This document shows, one piece after another, positions 9,199 through 18,978 of a stretch of DNA of 64,000 nucleotides. The first letter of the stretch is position 1, and each line of letters opens with the position of its first letter. The position numbers and the translations under genes were made by a program. This DNA comes from an archaeon (GTDB taxonomy: Archaea > Undinarchaeota > CAZHTU01 > JBDRCC01): positions 14,189 to 78,188 of the forward strand of contig JBDRCC010000022.1 of assembly GCA_043822065.1 (NCBI GenBank). Direction: 5' to 3'. The notes beneath the pieces were generated by a model. The model searched no databases and was not told the DNA's origin. It was given only the letters and a program-made list of their open reading frames with translations.

Positions 9199-9888
9199 AT
9201 GATAAAAGCAGTTGCCTTCGACCTTGACAACACCCTGATTGACTTTGTCAGGTTCAAGGAGGAGACTGCAAAAGCCGCTGCAAATGCGCTCGTTGCCAAT
9301 GGCCTCGGTGCAAAGCCAAACGAGGTCAAGAAAAAGATTTGGGAAGTTTACGACAAACACGGAGTCGAGTACCAGAAGACATTTGCTACCCTCTTGGGCG
9401 ACCACTACAAGATTCGCGACCCTAACAAGTTCGAGAGGCTGCAGCAGGCTGCGATAAACGCATACCTCGCCCGCAAGCTTGAGGTGCTGCGGCCTTACCC
9501 CTCGGTCAAGCCGACCCTCCGGGCTCTTAGAAAAAAGGGCTGTCTGCTATGCATAGTCACCGACGCCCCGCGGAACAAGGCTTGGCAGCGGCTCCTGCTA
9601 TGCGGGCTCCAGGACAGCTTTGATTTCGTCATCACTAAGGACGACACGAACCGGGCAAAGCCAAGCACGCTTCCATTCAGAGCGCTCCTAAAAAAGACTG
9701 GGCTCATGCCGAAACAGGTCCTTTTCGTCGGCGACGACCCGAAGAAGGACATAATGGGGGCAAAGAAGGTCGGGATGCTGACTGCGCTTGCAGAGTACGG
9801 CTGGGTGCTCCACAGAAACAGCAGGATTAAGCCGGATTTTTATCTTAAAAGGCCATCCGGGATACTGCAAATCCTCAGACAAGCTTAA
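9199..9888 (+). CDS. HAD-superfamily hydrolase
   Basis: FDLDNTL, IVTD, KP and FVGDDPKKDIMGA motifs. Confidence 0.92.
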   Translation: MIKAVAFDLDNTLIDFVRFKEETAKAAANALVANGLGAKPNEVKKKIWEVYDKHGVEYQKTFATLLGDHYKIRDPNKFERLQQAAINAYLARKLEVLRPYPSVKPTLRALRKKGCLLCIVTDAPRNKAWQRLLLCGLQDSFDFVITKDDTNRAKPSTLPFRALLKKTGLMPKQVLFVGDDPKKDIMGAKKVGMLTALAEYGWVLHRNSRIKPDFYLKRPSGILQILRQA

Positions 9889-9924
9889 TAATATATAGTC
9901 GGAGGGATTTGTACTAATACTCCC

Positions 9925-12630
9925 ATGGTGCAACACCATAACTGGCACAGCATCGACATAGAGGATACTGCAAGGAGCCTCAGTGCGGACATCCGCGGGC
10001 TTGCGAGCGGGGACGCATCCCGCCGGCTTGGGGAGTACGGCAAAAACAAGCTCGAGGGCGGCAAGAGGATAACCACTGTCGAAATTTTCCTCCGCCAGTT
10101 CAAGAACTTCATAATATACGTCCTGATTGGTGCTGCAGCAATCTCGTACTACCTTGGCGAAATGCTTGATGTTTGGATAATAACCTTTGTAATATTCTTT
10201 GTTGCGTTCCTGGGGTTCTACCAGGAATTCCGCGCCGAGCGGTCAATGGAGTCCCTCAAGGAGCTTTCTGCTCCGCACGCGGTGGTCATGAGGGACGGCG
10301 TCAAGAAGGAGATTCTCGCTGAGGAAATAGTGCCAGGCGATGTCATCCTTCTCGAGGCGGGGCGCAGGATCCCAGCGGACGCCAGGATTATAGACGCCAC
10401 GGACCTCAAGTCTGATGAGTCAGCCCTCACTGGCGAATCAATACCGGTATTGAAGAAGGCTGGGACCCTGCCTCCGGACGTCCCGCTCGCAGAGAGGGAC
10501 AATATGGTCTTCGTCGGGACGCACATAGTCGACGGAATCGGCAGCGCCCTCGTTGTCTCCACTGGCATGCACACCGAGATAGGCAAGGTTGCGAAGATGA
10601 TTGAGCAGGTCGGGGAAATTGAGACGCCAATAAAGACCAAGCTGAACACGCTCGGAAAAAGGCTGACGATGATGGTACTTGCGGTCTGCGCTCTAGTAGT
10701 AGTTGTCCAGTATGCCAGAGGGGCAAGTTTGACCAGCACGATGGTTGTGGTCGCGGCGCTTGCAGTTTCAGGAATGCCAGAGAGCCTGCCTGCAGTGGTT
10801 ACGGTCACCTTAGCGTCCGGGGTCAAGCGGATGAGCAAGCACAATGCTATAATACGGGTACTCCCCACGGTCGAGACACTAGGCTCCGCCACGGTCATTT
10901 GCACTGACAAAACCGGCACGCTGACGCACGGCACCATGACCGTCAGGAAATTATTCGCAAACTCAGAGATGCTTGAACTCACAGGCAGGGGCTCGGAGCT
11001 GGAGGGGGACTTTTATCTCAAAGAAAAAGCCGTCGGCCCAAAGGGCGTTGAGTTCCTGCTCAAAGCGGCTGCCCTGTGCAACGACGCCTACTTGGAAGAG
11101 GAGAAAGAGCGCGAGTCAGAGGAGCTGATAGTCATCGGAGACCCAACAGAAGGAGCACTCCTCGTTGCGGCAGCAAAGGGGAAAATACTCCAGGAGCAGA
11201 TAAAGAAGGAATACCCTCGCATTGGCGAGGTCCCGTTTAACTCAGACCGGATGCGGATGACTACGGTGCACACCACTGAGAAAGAGAAAAAAATTGCGTT
11301 TACAAAGGGGGCACCTGAAAAAATCATAGACTTGTGCAACCGGATTTACCTCAGGGGAACGGTCACAAAGATGACTGATAAGCAGCGCAAGGAGCTGCAT
11401 GACGTCTACCGCAGGATGGGTGAGGACGCCCTGCGGGTGCTTGCAGTAAGCTACCGTGAGGTGCCTGACAAGGTTGAGGACTACACCGAGACGCTTGAAA
11501 CTGGCTTGGTGTTCATTGGCCTCATGGGGATGATAGACCCGCCCAGGGAAGAGGCAATCTCGGCGATAACCGCCTGCAAGACGGCTGGAATCAAGGTGAT
11601 AATGATAACTGGTGACAACAAGATAACTGCTGAGGCTATCGGAAAGGAGCTCGGGCTAACCCAAAAGGGCTCAAAAATCATCACCAGCGCGGAGCTTAAC
11701 AAGATGAGCGACGCCGAGTTCGATGTGATAGTAGAAGACGTCGCGATATATGCCAGAGCGTCCCCCTCTGACAAGCTCAGGATAGTATCCGCTCTCCAGA
11801 AGAAGGGGCATATTGTCGCAATGACTGGGGACGGTGTCAACGACGCGCCAGCGCTGAAGAAGGCGGACGTCGGCGTCGCCATGGGCAAGGGGGGGACTGA
11901 CGTCGCACGCGAGGCTGCGGACATGATACTGACAGACGACAACTTCGCGACAATAGTCAATGCCATAAGCGAAGGGAGGACTATTTTTGACAACATAAAG
12001 AAGTTTGTCTACTACATGCTCGCTGGCAACATCGCGGAGATAACAATAACTGCCACGGCATTGATTTTCGGTGCACCCTTCCTGCCATTCACCGCCCTGA
12101 TGATACTCTGGATAAACCTTGTCACCAGCGACTTCCCCGCGATGGGCTTGGGGCTGGAGCCGCCGGAGACTGCCATAATGAGCCGCCCCCCACGGAACCC
12201 GGACGAGAACGTCCCCTCTATGCGCCTGATACTGGGGCTTACCGAAGTCGGCTCGATAATTTGCATCGGCGTCATCCTGCTCTTTGTCATGAAGGTCGGC
12301 ATTTGGCAGATGCCGCTCGATAGGGCGAGGACTGTGGCCTTTGCGACCCTGATAGCATTCGAGCTGTTCCACGCATTCAACTCGCGCTCCCTGACGCAGT
12401 CGATATTCACCATGGGGCTTATGAGCAACAAGCCGCTCCTCGTAGGCGTAGCTGCGTCGGTGGCCACGAGCCTGTTTGTTATATACTACCCGCCGCTCCA
12501 GAGCATATTCGGCACGAGCGCGCTGACACTTTGGGACTGGGCAAGGGTTCTTGCGGTGGCATCAACGGTGCTGATTTTCGTCGAACTGAAAAAGCACTTC
12601 GGCAGGGAAGTAGAGTACCAGAAGGTCTAG
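9925..12630 (+). CDS. P-type cation-transporting ATPase (type IIA-like)
   Basis: TGES, PESL, DKTGTLT, KGAPE, MITGD and [11 protein letters not shown] motifs. Confidence 0.95.
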   Translation: MVQHHNWHSIDIEDTARSLSADIRGLASGDASRRLGEYGKNKLEGGKRITTVEIFLRQFKNFIIYVLIGAAAISYYLGEMLDVWIITFVIFFVAFLGFYQEFRAERSMESLKELSAPHAVVMRDGVKKEILAEEIVPGDVILLEAGRRIPADARIIDATDLKSDESALTGESIPVLKKAGTLPPDVPLAERDNMVFVGTHIVDGIGSALVVSTGMHTEIGKVAKMIEQVGEIETPIKTKLNTLGKRLTMMVLAVCALVVVVQYARGASLTSTMVVVAALAVSGMPESLPAVVTVTLASGVKRMSKHNAIIRVLPTVETLGSATVICTDKTGTLTHGTMTVRKLFANSEMLELTGRGSELEGDFYLKEKAVGPKGVEFLLKAAALCNDAYLEEEKERESEELIVIGDPTEGALLVAAAKGKILQEQIKKEYPRIGEVPFNSDRMRMTTVHTTEKEKKIAFTKGAPEKIIDLCNRIYLRGTVTKMTDKQRKELHDVYRRMGEDALRVLAVSYREVPDKVEDYTETLETGLVFIGLMGMIDPPREEAISAITACKTAGIKVIMITGDNKITAEAIGKELGLTQKGSKIITSAELNKMSDAEFDVIVEDVAIYARASPSDKLRIVSALQKKGHIVAMTGDGVNDAPALKKADVGVAMGKGGTDVAREAADMILTDDNFATIVNAISEGRTIFDNIKKFVYYMLAGNIAEITITATALIFGAPFLPFTALMILWINLVTSDFPAMGLGLEPPETAIMSRPPRNPDENVPSMRLILGLTEVGSIICIGVILLFVMKVGIWQMPLDRARTVAFATLIAFELFHAFNSRSLTQSIFTMGLMSNKPLLVGVAASVATSLFVIYYPPLQSIFGTSALTLWDWARVLAVASTVLIFVELKKHFGREVEYQKV

Positions 12631-13031
12631 CTTCGTGAAGAGTCTGCGAGCTTCCGGAAGTAGACGACAAAGCCCCAGAGAAAGTCATAAAGGTATTTTG
12701 CCTGGTTTTCTGCAGAATTAATCTTCAGGACCGCCATTTTTATTGCCGGCTCCATCTGTGCGTAGGATATGTGGACGGAAAGCACCATGTCCCGCCCTTC
12801 CATAAAGGCAGGAGTCTTGGCATCAGGCTCGGCTGGGTACTTGTAGCAGCAAGACAGCCCGACGAGGGCGGAAAACAATATCTGGTGCCTGTACTTCTCG
12901 TTTCCGGAAATGAGCTTTGAAAGCCTGCCGAGCTTTTTCGGGTCGCAGAACAGGTGCCCGCCAGCCGCGGCTATCTGCACCTCCATAGTATGCGGAATTT
13001 CTATCAGGCTGCAAAACTCGGACTGGTTCAT
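12627..13031 (-). CDS. Hypothetical protein
   Basis: ATG directly after stop of upstream methyltransferase; convergent overlap with ATPase stop. Confidence 0.55.
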   Translation of the reverse strand: MNQSEFCSLIEIPHTMEVQIAAAGGHLFCDPKKLGRLSKLISGNEKYRHQILFSALVGLSCCYKYPAEPDAKTPAFMEGRDMVLSVHISYAQMEPAIKMAVLKINSAENQAKYLYDFLWGFVVYFRKLADSSRS

Positions 13032-13032
13032 T

Positions 13033-14121
13033 TTAGCCTTTTTTCACCCCGTACCAGACATGGTCTATCAGGAAGTCTTGAAGGTTCTGCGGCGGGGTGT
13101 ACCTCCAGATATCTGGAACGCCAAGCTTCGCAAAGAGCGCCTTGAGGGATTCCTCGTTTTTTATGGACGTCATGTCATCCCGCTCCCGGTCTGTGAACAT
13201 TATAAAGCCGCCGGGCTTAAGAACCCGCAGGATCTCCCTAATGGTCGCCTCCTGCGAAAAAACATATGGCAGGACTGAAATGGCGATGGCGCAGTCAAAG
13301 GTTTTGCCCTTGGCCGGGATTTTGTCAGGCTTAATCTGGGCGAAGGATACATTTTTTACACCATGCTTTTTTGCCATCATGCCAGCCACCCGAAGCATCG
13401 AGGGGCTTGGGTCGACGGCAAGTGTCTTCTCTGAAACCTCCTCCAAACAAAACAAAGTTGAGCCGTCTCCGGTCCCATAGTCGATGCTATGTTTGAAAAG
13501 AGCTTTCCCTTTCTTATACTCGAAGCCGGCAAGCCTAAGGCAGTCCACAAGGGCTACGGCAAAAGCGCAGGAAGAGTATTCCCTCGCCCAGGAGTAAACC
13601 ATGGAAGAGACTGCCCACTCTATCCGCTCCATCTTTGCCCAAAGCCGGGGAATGTCCCGCTTAAGGTACCTAAGAGTTGGCTTAGAGAAGAAGACGGGGT
13701 AGTACATTTTGGTGCCGAGGTTTTCCGGGCTGTCCTCTGCAACGAGGAAGAGGTGGCATCTATCGCCTTTCGTGGGGAACAGCAGGACATAGGTCAGCTT
13801 AAACTTGCCAGGGGAGAATACACGCGTTAGCGAATATTCAAGGCCAAACGGCAGGTAGGATGCAATATTGAGTGATTCGTTTTCGACCAGCTTGACCTCC
13901 TTCGCGGCAAGCCGCTTTGCGAGGTTAGAATACTTCTCAAAGCGCTTAGCTGGCACGTTGTCGACGGGGATTGGGAATTCGAGTATTAAGCCGAATGACG
14001 TGTAGTCGTTGTGCGCAGACAGTATCTTGCCGACCAGCTCCGCAGTAGGCTTTTTCATGACGTCGGATTCCTCGTGAAGCTGTTTTCGGAATATGCCCTC
14101 TGCCTGCTCCGGATGTATCAT
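13033..14121 (-). CDS. Class I SAM-dependent methyltransferase with unknown N-terminal domain
   Basis: IDYGTGDG, AVDPSPSML, FDCAIA and EILRVLKPGG in C-terminal half; TATA-like TTATATA upstream of ATG 14121. Confidence 0.8.
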   Translation of the reverse strand: MIHPEQAEGIFRKQLHEESDVMKKPTAELVGKILSAHNDYTSFGLILEFPIPVDNVPAKRFEKYSNLAKRLAAKEVKLVENESLNIASYLPFGLEYSLTRVFSPGKFKLTYVLLFPTKGDRCHLFLVAEDSPENLGTKMYYPVFFSKPTLRYLKRDIPRLWAKMERIEWAVSSMVYSWAREYSSCAFAVALVDCLRLAGFEYKKGKALFKHSIDYGTGDGSTLFCLEEVSEKTLAVDPSPSMLRVAGMMAKKHGVKNVSFAQIKPDKIPAKGKTFDCAIAISVLPYVFSQEATIREILRVLKPGGFIMFTDRERDDMTSIKNEESLKALFAKLGVPDIWRYTPPQNLQDFLIDHVWYGVKKG

Positions 14122-14233
14122 ATTAGACGTATTGCAATATGGATATATAAGCCTAACCAAACGGCTTAGTCCTTGCGCTCAGAAAATAGCGATAAAAAGT
14201 AAGGTTTAAGACAGGAATAGCCTTTTAGGTTGC

Positions 14234-15010
14234 ATGCCATTCCTAAAAAAGCTCGCGCTGTTCTTCATTGGAGGATTTTTAGGGCTGTTCCTGAGCCTGT
14301 TCATCCTTGGGCAGGCGATGGACAAGACAGTATTTAGCGCAGATTTTTATGACGCAGAGTTTGAGAAGTACGGGATGTATGATTTTATGCTCGAACAGAT
14401 GACGCCGCCGGATGCCAGCCAGGAGACGCTGGAGTCTTTTGAAAAGTATTATACTAAGGACTGGCTCCGAGGCCAGTTCAGCGGGAACCTCCAAAACATA
14501 TTTGCCTACCTCAAAGGCGAAAGCGATGAGCTGGTACTTGGCTACTCGCTCGTAGAGATAAAAGAAAGGATGTTAGAGGACAACCCGACCGCAGACTTGA
14601 GCGGCATCCCGGACAGGACTGAAAATGCAGCCCTCCCTAACCAGGAGCTTGTCGAGAGCTTTCGGGCAGTCTTCATTTTATTCTACCGGTTTTCTGGCCT
14701 TGCCCTGCCACTGGCGGGGGCGTGTATCGTCTTAGTATTTGCAGTCTCGCGTGACGCAGTATTTACTGCCAGAAGAGTGGGCAGGTCGGTCATGAATACT
14801 GGGCTTTCATTCGTGGTGCTTTATTATGCCAGCGCGTATCTGCCCAGCGGAGGAATGCCTGCTGCAGGAGGGCTCTCGCTTGAGGTTGTTGCACCCATTA
14901 TGGCGGACGCGCTCCTGCCATTTAGGGCGTACGGCTTCTGGTTTGCTGGCATTGGGGCGGTCGTGTACGCACTTGCCATAGCTGCGGGCAGGCATCGTGG
15001 CAATCAATAA
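14234..15010 (+). CDS. Hypothetical membrane protein
   Basis: N-terminal TM, acidic loop, about 3 C-terminal hydrophobic segments. Confidence 0.75.
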   Translation: MPFLKKLALFFIGGFLGLFLSLFILGQAMDKTVFSADFYDAEFEKYGMYDFMLEQMTPPDASQETLESFEKYYTKDWLRGQFSGNLQNIFAYLKGESDELVLGYSLVEIKERMLEDNPTADLSGIPDRTENAALPNQELVESFRAVFILFYRFSGLALPLAGACIVLVFAVSRDAVFTARRVGRSVMNTGLSFVVLYYASAYLPSGGMPAAGGLSLEVVAPIMADALLPFRAYGFWFAGIGAVVYALAIAAGRHRGNQ

Positions 15011-15048
15011 AGTTTATTAAAGCGAACAGGTAATAGGGGACTGGGGAT

Positions 15049-15738
15049 ATGTTCGGCAAAAAGAAATATTTGGACAACAAGCGGGACACTGTCTACTGCC
15101 CGATACGCGAAAGCATGTGCAGTATTGCCGAAATCTGCCCTGCGGCAGGCAAGGATGACGATTACCAGGGGCTTGCCCTCCTCATAGGTGTTGCGGAGGA
15201 CGAGACCTGGAGGCAGTTTGCAGAAATTATGCCTGACACCTATTTTGTGCTGGCTGAGCTTGATGGGGAATCGCTCGATACGCAGATTAAAAGAGCAAGA
15301 AAGGCTGGAATTGAAAACTTCGGCGTAAAGCAGGTTTCTGGAAGTGGGGTCCCGTTCAGCGACAAGATGTTCAAGCGCATTGAATCCCATTACGTGCTTA
15401 CTTCCCAAGGCAGCCGGGGAAAGGTTAGGTTTGCAAAACCTATCCTGGACGAGTATTTCCGCGTGCTAGACGACGATGGCGTGCTGCTGATATCTGGGGA
15501 ATTGAGGATAAAGGGCGGGGACGAGGAAGACTATGTAAAAGAGCTCCACGCATATCTGGAGGGAAAGAGGAAAGAGGGGTACACGGTCGGCATGCACACT
15601 ATGCCGCTCTCTGAGACTGGGACATACTACGGGCAGGTAAACATAACGTACTACATCTCAAAGGATAAGGCTGCCCTCAAGCGTGAACTCAACAGGGTCA
15701 AAAAAGTATACGGCCTGAAGGACGTTGAGCTAAAGTAG
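15049..15738 (+). CDS. Hypothetical protein (degenerate methyltransferase-like fold possible)
   Basis: Long ORF with host-like codon use; EYFRVLDDDGVLLI resembles the MTase C-terminal motif. Confidence 0.6.
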   Translation: MFGKKKYLDNKRDTVYCPIRESMCSIAEICPAAGKDDDYQGLALLIGVAEDETWRQFAEIMPDTYFVLAELDGESLDTQIKRARKAGIENFGVKQVSGSGVPFSDKMFKRIESHYVLTSQGSRGKVRFAKPILDEYFRVLDDDGVLLISGELRIKGGDEEDYVKELHAYLEGKRKEGYTVGMHTMPLSETGTYYGQVNITYYISKDKAALKRELNRVKKVYGLKDVELK

Positions 15739-15790
15739 AGTGGCAGTTGGGGGAGTAATTATTTATAGTTGGTTTTATTTCCAAGAAGCC

Positions 15791-15997
15791 ATGAAGCCAA
15801 AGCTGACAAGAGAGTCGAGCAATGAGGATTTCAGGCAAGACTACCTTTTATGGCGGAAGCAGCCGCTTGACGAGGAGCTTGCAAAATTTGAGAGCATATT
15901 AAAGGGCTGGGAGTCGAAACGGGCAGAAGCCGAAAAGGAGATTGCCTGGTACTCAAATCAAGCCAATATAATAAAAGAGGTCCTCGCCCAAAAGTAA
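15791..15997 (+). CDS. Small coiled-coil hypothetical protein
   Basis: ATG after TTTATA-like box; charged helical sequence. Confidence 0.55.
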   Translation: MKPKLTRESSNEDFRQDYLLWRKQPLDEELAKFESILKGWESKRAEAEKEIAWYSNQANIIKEVLAQK

Positions 15998-16000
15998 AGC

Positions 16001-16162
16001 TTATTTTGGGAGGGGGATTGGCGTGCCAGTGTCCTTGCCCTCTTTCTCTCTTCGCCTGCACATCTTACAGACGCCTTTCTTTTCAGATTCCTGGATCGTC
16101 TTCAGCGTCCACCAAGAGTCCATTGGAAGGCCGCAGTCCTTGCAGCGGGATATTTTTGCCAT
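16001..16162 (-). CDS. Small putative Zn-finger protein (53 aa), absent from ORF track
   Basis: Manual translation MAKISRCKDCGLPMDSWWTLKTIQESEKKGVCKMCRRREKEGKDTGTPIPLPK; two CxxC; follows lplA. Confidence 0.65.
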   Translation of the reverse strand: MAKISRCKDCGLPMDSWWTLKTIQESEKKGVCKMCRRREKEGKDTGTPIPLPK

Positions 16163-16177
16163 GAGCACAATAAGGAT

Positions 16178-16942
16178 TTATCTTTTATAAAGCCACTCGT
16201 CCGTGCCGTATTTTGTTTTCGCAAGCTCCTCTGCGAGCTCAAGCTCATAGTCAGTAAGGCCTGAGACCTTGAACTTGCCAAAGACCTTTTCGAAGCCCTT
16301 CGCCATCGCCTTTTCGACTTCCGCGCCGCCGACGTTTTTGCTTTTCCCAATCAGTTCGAGCTGCTGGTTTATGTTCGTAACCCTGTCCTTAATTGACTGG
16401 AGGATTTTGTCCGCCATCTTCGCCTTCGAGACGTTGAGGACTGAGAAAAGCAGGTCCATGTCTGTTCCGTACATCATGGTCCCGTGCTGGAGGACTGCGC
16501 CCCATTTCCGGGTCTGTGCCGAGCCAGAAATCTTCTTCCCGCCTGCGAGCACGTCGTTTATCGGCTTGAACTCCGCGGCGATTCCAAACTCCGCAAGAGC
16601 GTTGACAAGCCCCTGGCAGATTAGCTTGTAGGAGTCCTGGATGTTGCTGCTGACCGATTTTTCCGAGAGGATGACAGAATAGGTTATCTCGCCGTTGTAA
16701 TCGTGAAAAACCGCCCCTCCTCCAGTTATCCTCCGGACTGCGTCGACGCTAGACTTCAGCCGGTTTTCGTGGAATATCTCCTGCTCATAAGACTGGAAGT
16801 AGCCAAGGCTGACTGATGATGGGTTGAACTTGAAAAGCCTGAAAGTGTCCGGAACCTTGCCCTCGGACCTGGCACGGAGGATTGCTTCGTCGATTGCCAT
16901 TGACAACGCGGCGTTATCTTCGCGTAATGGAACCAGCCTCAT
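16178..16942 (-). CDS. lplA: Lipoate-protein ligase / octanoyltransferase catalytic domain
   Basis: MAIDEA, VRRITGGGAVFHD, NDV...KKISGSAQ and LQHGT motifs. Confidence 0.92.
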   Translation of the reverse strand: MRLVPLREDNAALSMAIDEAILRARSEGKVPDTFRLFKFNPSSVSLGYFQSYEQEIFHENRLKSSVDAVRRITGGGAVFHDYNGEITYSVILSEKSVSSNIQDSYKLICQGLVNALAEFGIAAEFKPINDVLAGGKKISGSAQTRKWGAVLQHGTMMYGTDMDLLFSVLNVSKAKMADKILQSIKDRVTNINQQLELIGKSKNVGGAEVEKAMAKGFEKVFGKFKVSGLTDYELELAEELAKTKYGTDEWLYKR

Positions 16943-17792
16943 TTTCCAATTTGAAATAAAACTCCGCAGCTTTATAGGAGCTTCGCACGAACGGTCCTGA
17001 CGCCACATACCTGAACCCTTTTTCAATGCCAACCCGCTCGTATTCCTCGAACTTGGAGGGGTGGACATACTCTGCGACTTCGGCGTTTTCCTTTGTCGGC
17101 TGGAGGTACTGCCCTATAGTCAGGAAATCTGTGCCTGCCGAGCGCAGGTCGTCCATCGCTTCCTCAACTTCGTCCTGGGTTTCGCCGACACCGACCATTA
17201 TGCCAGATTTTGTATATAAATTTGGATCGATTTCCTTAAGCTTTTTGAGAACTGCAAGTGACGTTCCGTATCCTGCGCGCCTGTCCCGCATTTTTGGAGC
17301 CAGCCTTGCAACGACTTCGATATTGTGGGCGACGACATTCGGCCGGGCGGAAGAAATCATAGTCAGGCGTTTTTCGTCGGCTCCAAAATCAGGGATGAGC
17401 GCTTCGACAGGTATGCCTGCCGCACGCACGGACTTGATGCAGCTTGCAAAGTGACCTGCGCCGGCGTCAGGAAGGTCGTCCCGGTCGACAGAAGTCAGGA
17501 CTGCGTACTTTAACCCCCATTTGGTTGCAACCTTCGCCAGGCTCGCAGGCTCTTTTGAGTTCAGCGGCTCGCCTTTGCTGCCTGTGCGTACTGAACAAAA
17601 GCTGCAGTGGCGGGTGCAAACGTGGCCCATGAGCATAAAGGTTGCAGTCCCAGAATCCCAGCAGGCGCCCTGGTTCGGGCAGCGCGCGCCCTGGCAGACA
17701 GTATAAAGCCCATGCTCGCTGAGGTCCCTGAGAATGCTGTTGTAATTGGGGCTGAATTTTGGGTGGACCCTGAGCCACTCTGGCTTTCTCAT
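16914..17792 (-). CDS. lipA: Lipoyl synthase
   Basis: RKPEWL, TVCQGARCPNQGAC, CTRHCSFC, TSVDRDDL and VRSSY motifs. Confidence 0.97.
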   Translation of the reverse strand: MRKPEWLRVHPKFSPNYNSILRDLSEHGLYTVCQGARCPNQGACWDSGTATFMLMGHVCTRHCSFCSVRTGSKGEPLNSKEPASLAKVATKWGLKYAVLTSVDRDDLPDAGAGHFASCIKSVRAAGIPVEALIPDFGADEKRLTMISSARPNVVAHNIEVVARLAPKMRDRRAGYGTSLAVLKKLKEIDPNLYTKSGIMVGVGETQDEVEEAMDDLRSAGTDFLTIGQYLQPTKENAEVAEYVHPSKFEEYERVGIEKGFRYVASGPFVRSSYKAAEFYFKLENEAGSITRR

Positions 17793-17842
17793 GTCGATAT
17801 TATGGGCGCAAAGCAATTAAAAGTTGTCGGATTAGCAGTAGC

Positions 17843-18964
17843 ATGCTCGCGGGGTTCATAGTAAATCCCATAGCCGGGATGGGTGGAAAAGTAGGCTTAA
17901 AAGGCACCGACGGCCAGGTCAGGAGGGCGCTAGAACTTGGGGCAAAAATGGTAGCGCCGGAGCACGCAAGGGAGTTTCTTGGCGCGCTGAAGAAGGACAT
18001 AGAATTTATCACCTGCCCTGGCGAAATGGGCGAGGATTACCTAAGGGGCTCGAGGTTCGGCTTTGAGGTTGCAGGCAAAAAAAAGCTCCAGCATGGCGAG
18101 GATGGCATGCCGAAAACGACTGCCGCAGACACTAAGAGGATGGCAAAAAGGATTCTCGAGGAAAAGCCGCACATAATCGTCTTTGTTGGCGGGGACGGGA
18201 CTGCAAGAGATGTATACTCGGCAGTCAAGGACAACATCCCCATTCTTGGAGTCCCTTCCGGTGTCAAGGTCTACTCCTCCGTCTTCGGAGGATCACCAGA
18301 TGAGTCAGCTGCGCTCTTAGATATGTTTGCGGACGGGGCAGTGCCTGCAAAAGCCTGCGAAGTCCTCGACATTGATGAAGCAAAATACAGAAAGGGCATT
18401 CTAGACACAAAGCTGGTGGGCTACGCAAAAGTGCCGTACTACGAGTCGCTGATACCTGGCGGCAAATCAGCGAGCACGATTTCAGAGGAGGAGGAGCACG
18501 AGGCGATTGCGAAGAGGATAGCTTACGAGATTGATGCGGGACTGTACCTGTTCGGGCCTGGGACGACGGTAGCCGAATGCTCGAAGATGCTCGGGCTAAA
18601 GCACACCCTCTTAGGGGTTGACATAGTGGAAGTCGACAGGCAGAGGAAACCGTGCGTGCTGAAGCTTGACGCAAACGAGAGGGACATTCTCGCGGAGATG
18701 AAAAGGCACGGGAACAGGGTGAAGGTAATCGTCTCCCCCATCGGAAAGCAGGGGTTCATCTTTGGCAGGGGGAACCAGCAGATTTCAGAAAACGTGCTGA
18801 AATACGTTTCCAAGGAGGACGTCCTGGTTGTCGCGACGCAGAACAAGCTGAACGAGGTCAAATTCTTGAGGGTCGACGTCAACCCAGAGATAAATTCAAG
18901 GTTCCAGGGATACATGAAGGTCATTGTCAGCTACAGTGACAGCAAAATACAAAAGGTAGTCTGA
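17843..18964 (+). CDS. ATP-NAD kinase / AcoX-like family protein
   Basis: VNPIAGMGGKVGLKGTDG, VGGDGTARD, PSGVKVYS and QGFIFGRGNQQIS motifs. Confidence 0.88.
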   Translation: MLAGFIVNPIAGMGGKVGLKGTDGQVRRALELGAKMVAPEHAREFLGALKKDIEFITCPGEMGEDYLRGSRFGFEVAGKKKLQHGEDGMPKTTAADTKRMAKRILEEKPHIIVFVGGDGTARDVYSAVKDNIPILGVPSGVKVYSSVFGGSPDESAALLDMFADGAVPAKACEVLDIDEAKYRKGILDTKLVGYAKVPYYESLIPGGKSASTISEEEEHEAIAKRIAYEIDAGLYLFGPGTTVAECSKMLGLKHTLLGVDIVEVDRQRKPCVLKLDANERDILAEMKRHGNRVKVIVSPIGKQGFIFGRGNQQISENVLKYVSKEDVLVVATQNKLNEVKFLRVDVNPEINSRFQGYMKVIVSYSDSKIQKVV

Positions 18965-18978
18965 CATCAGGATAAAAT

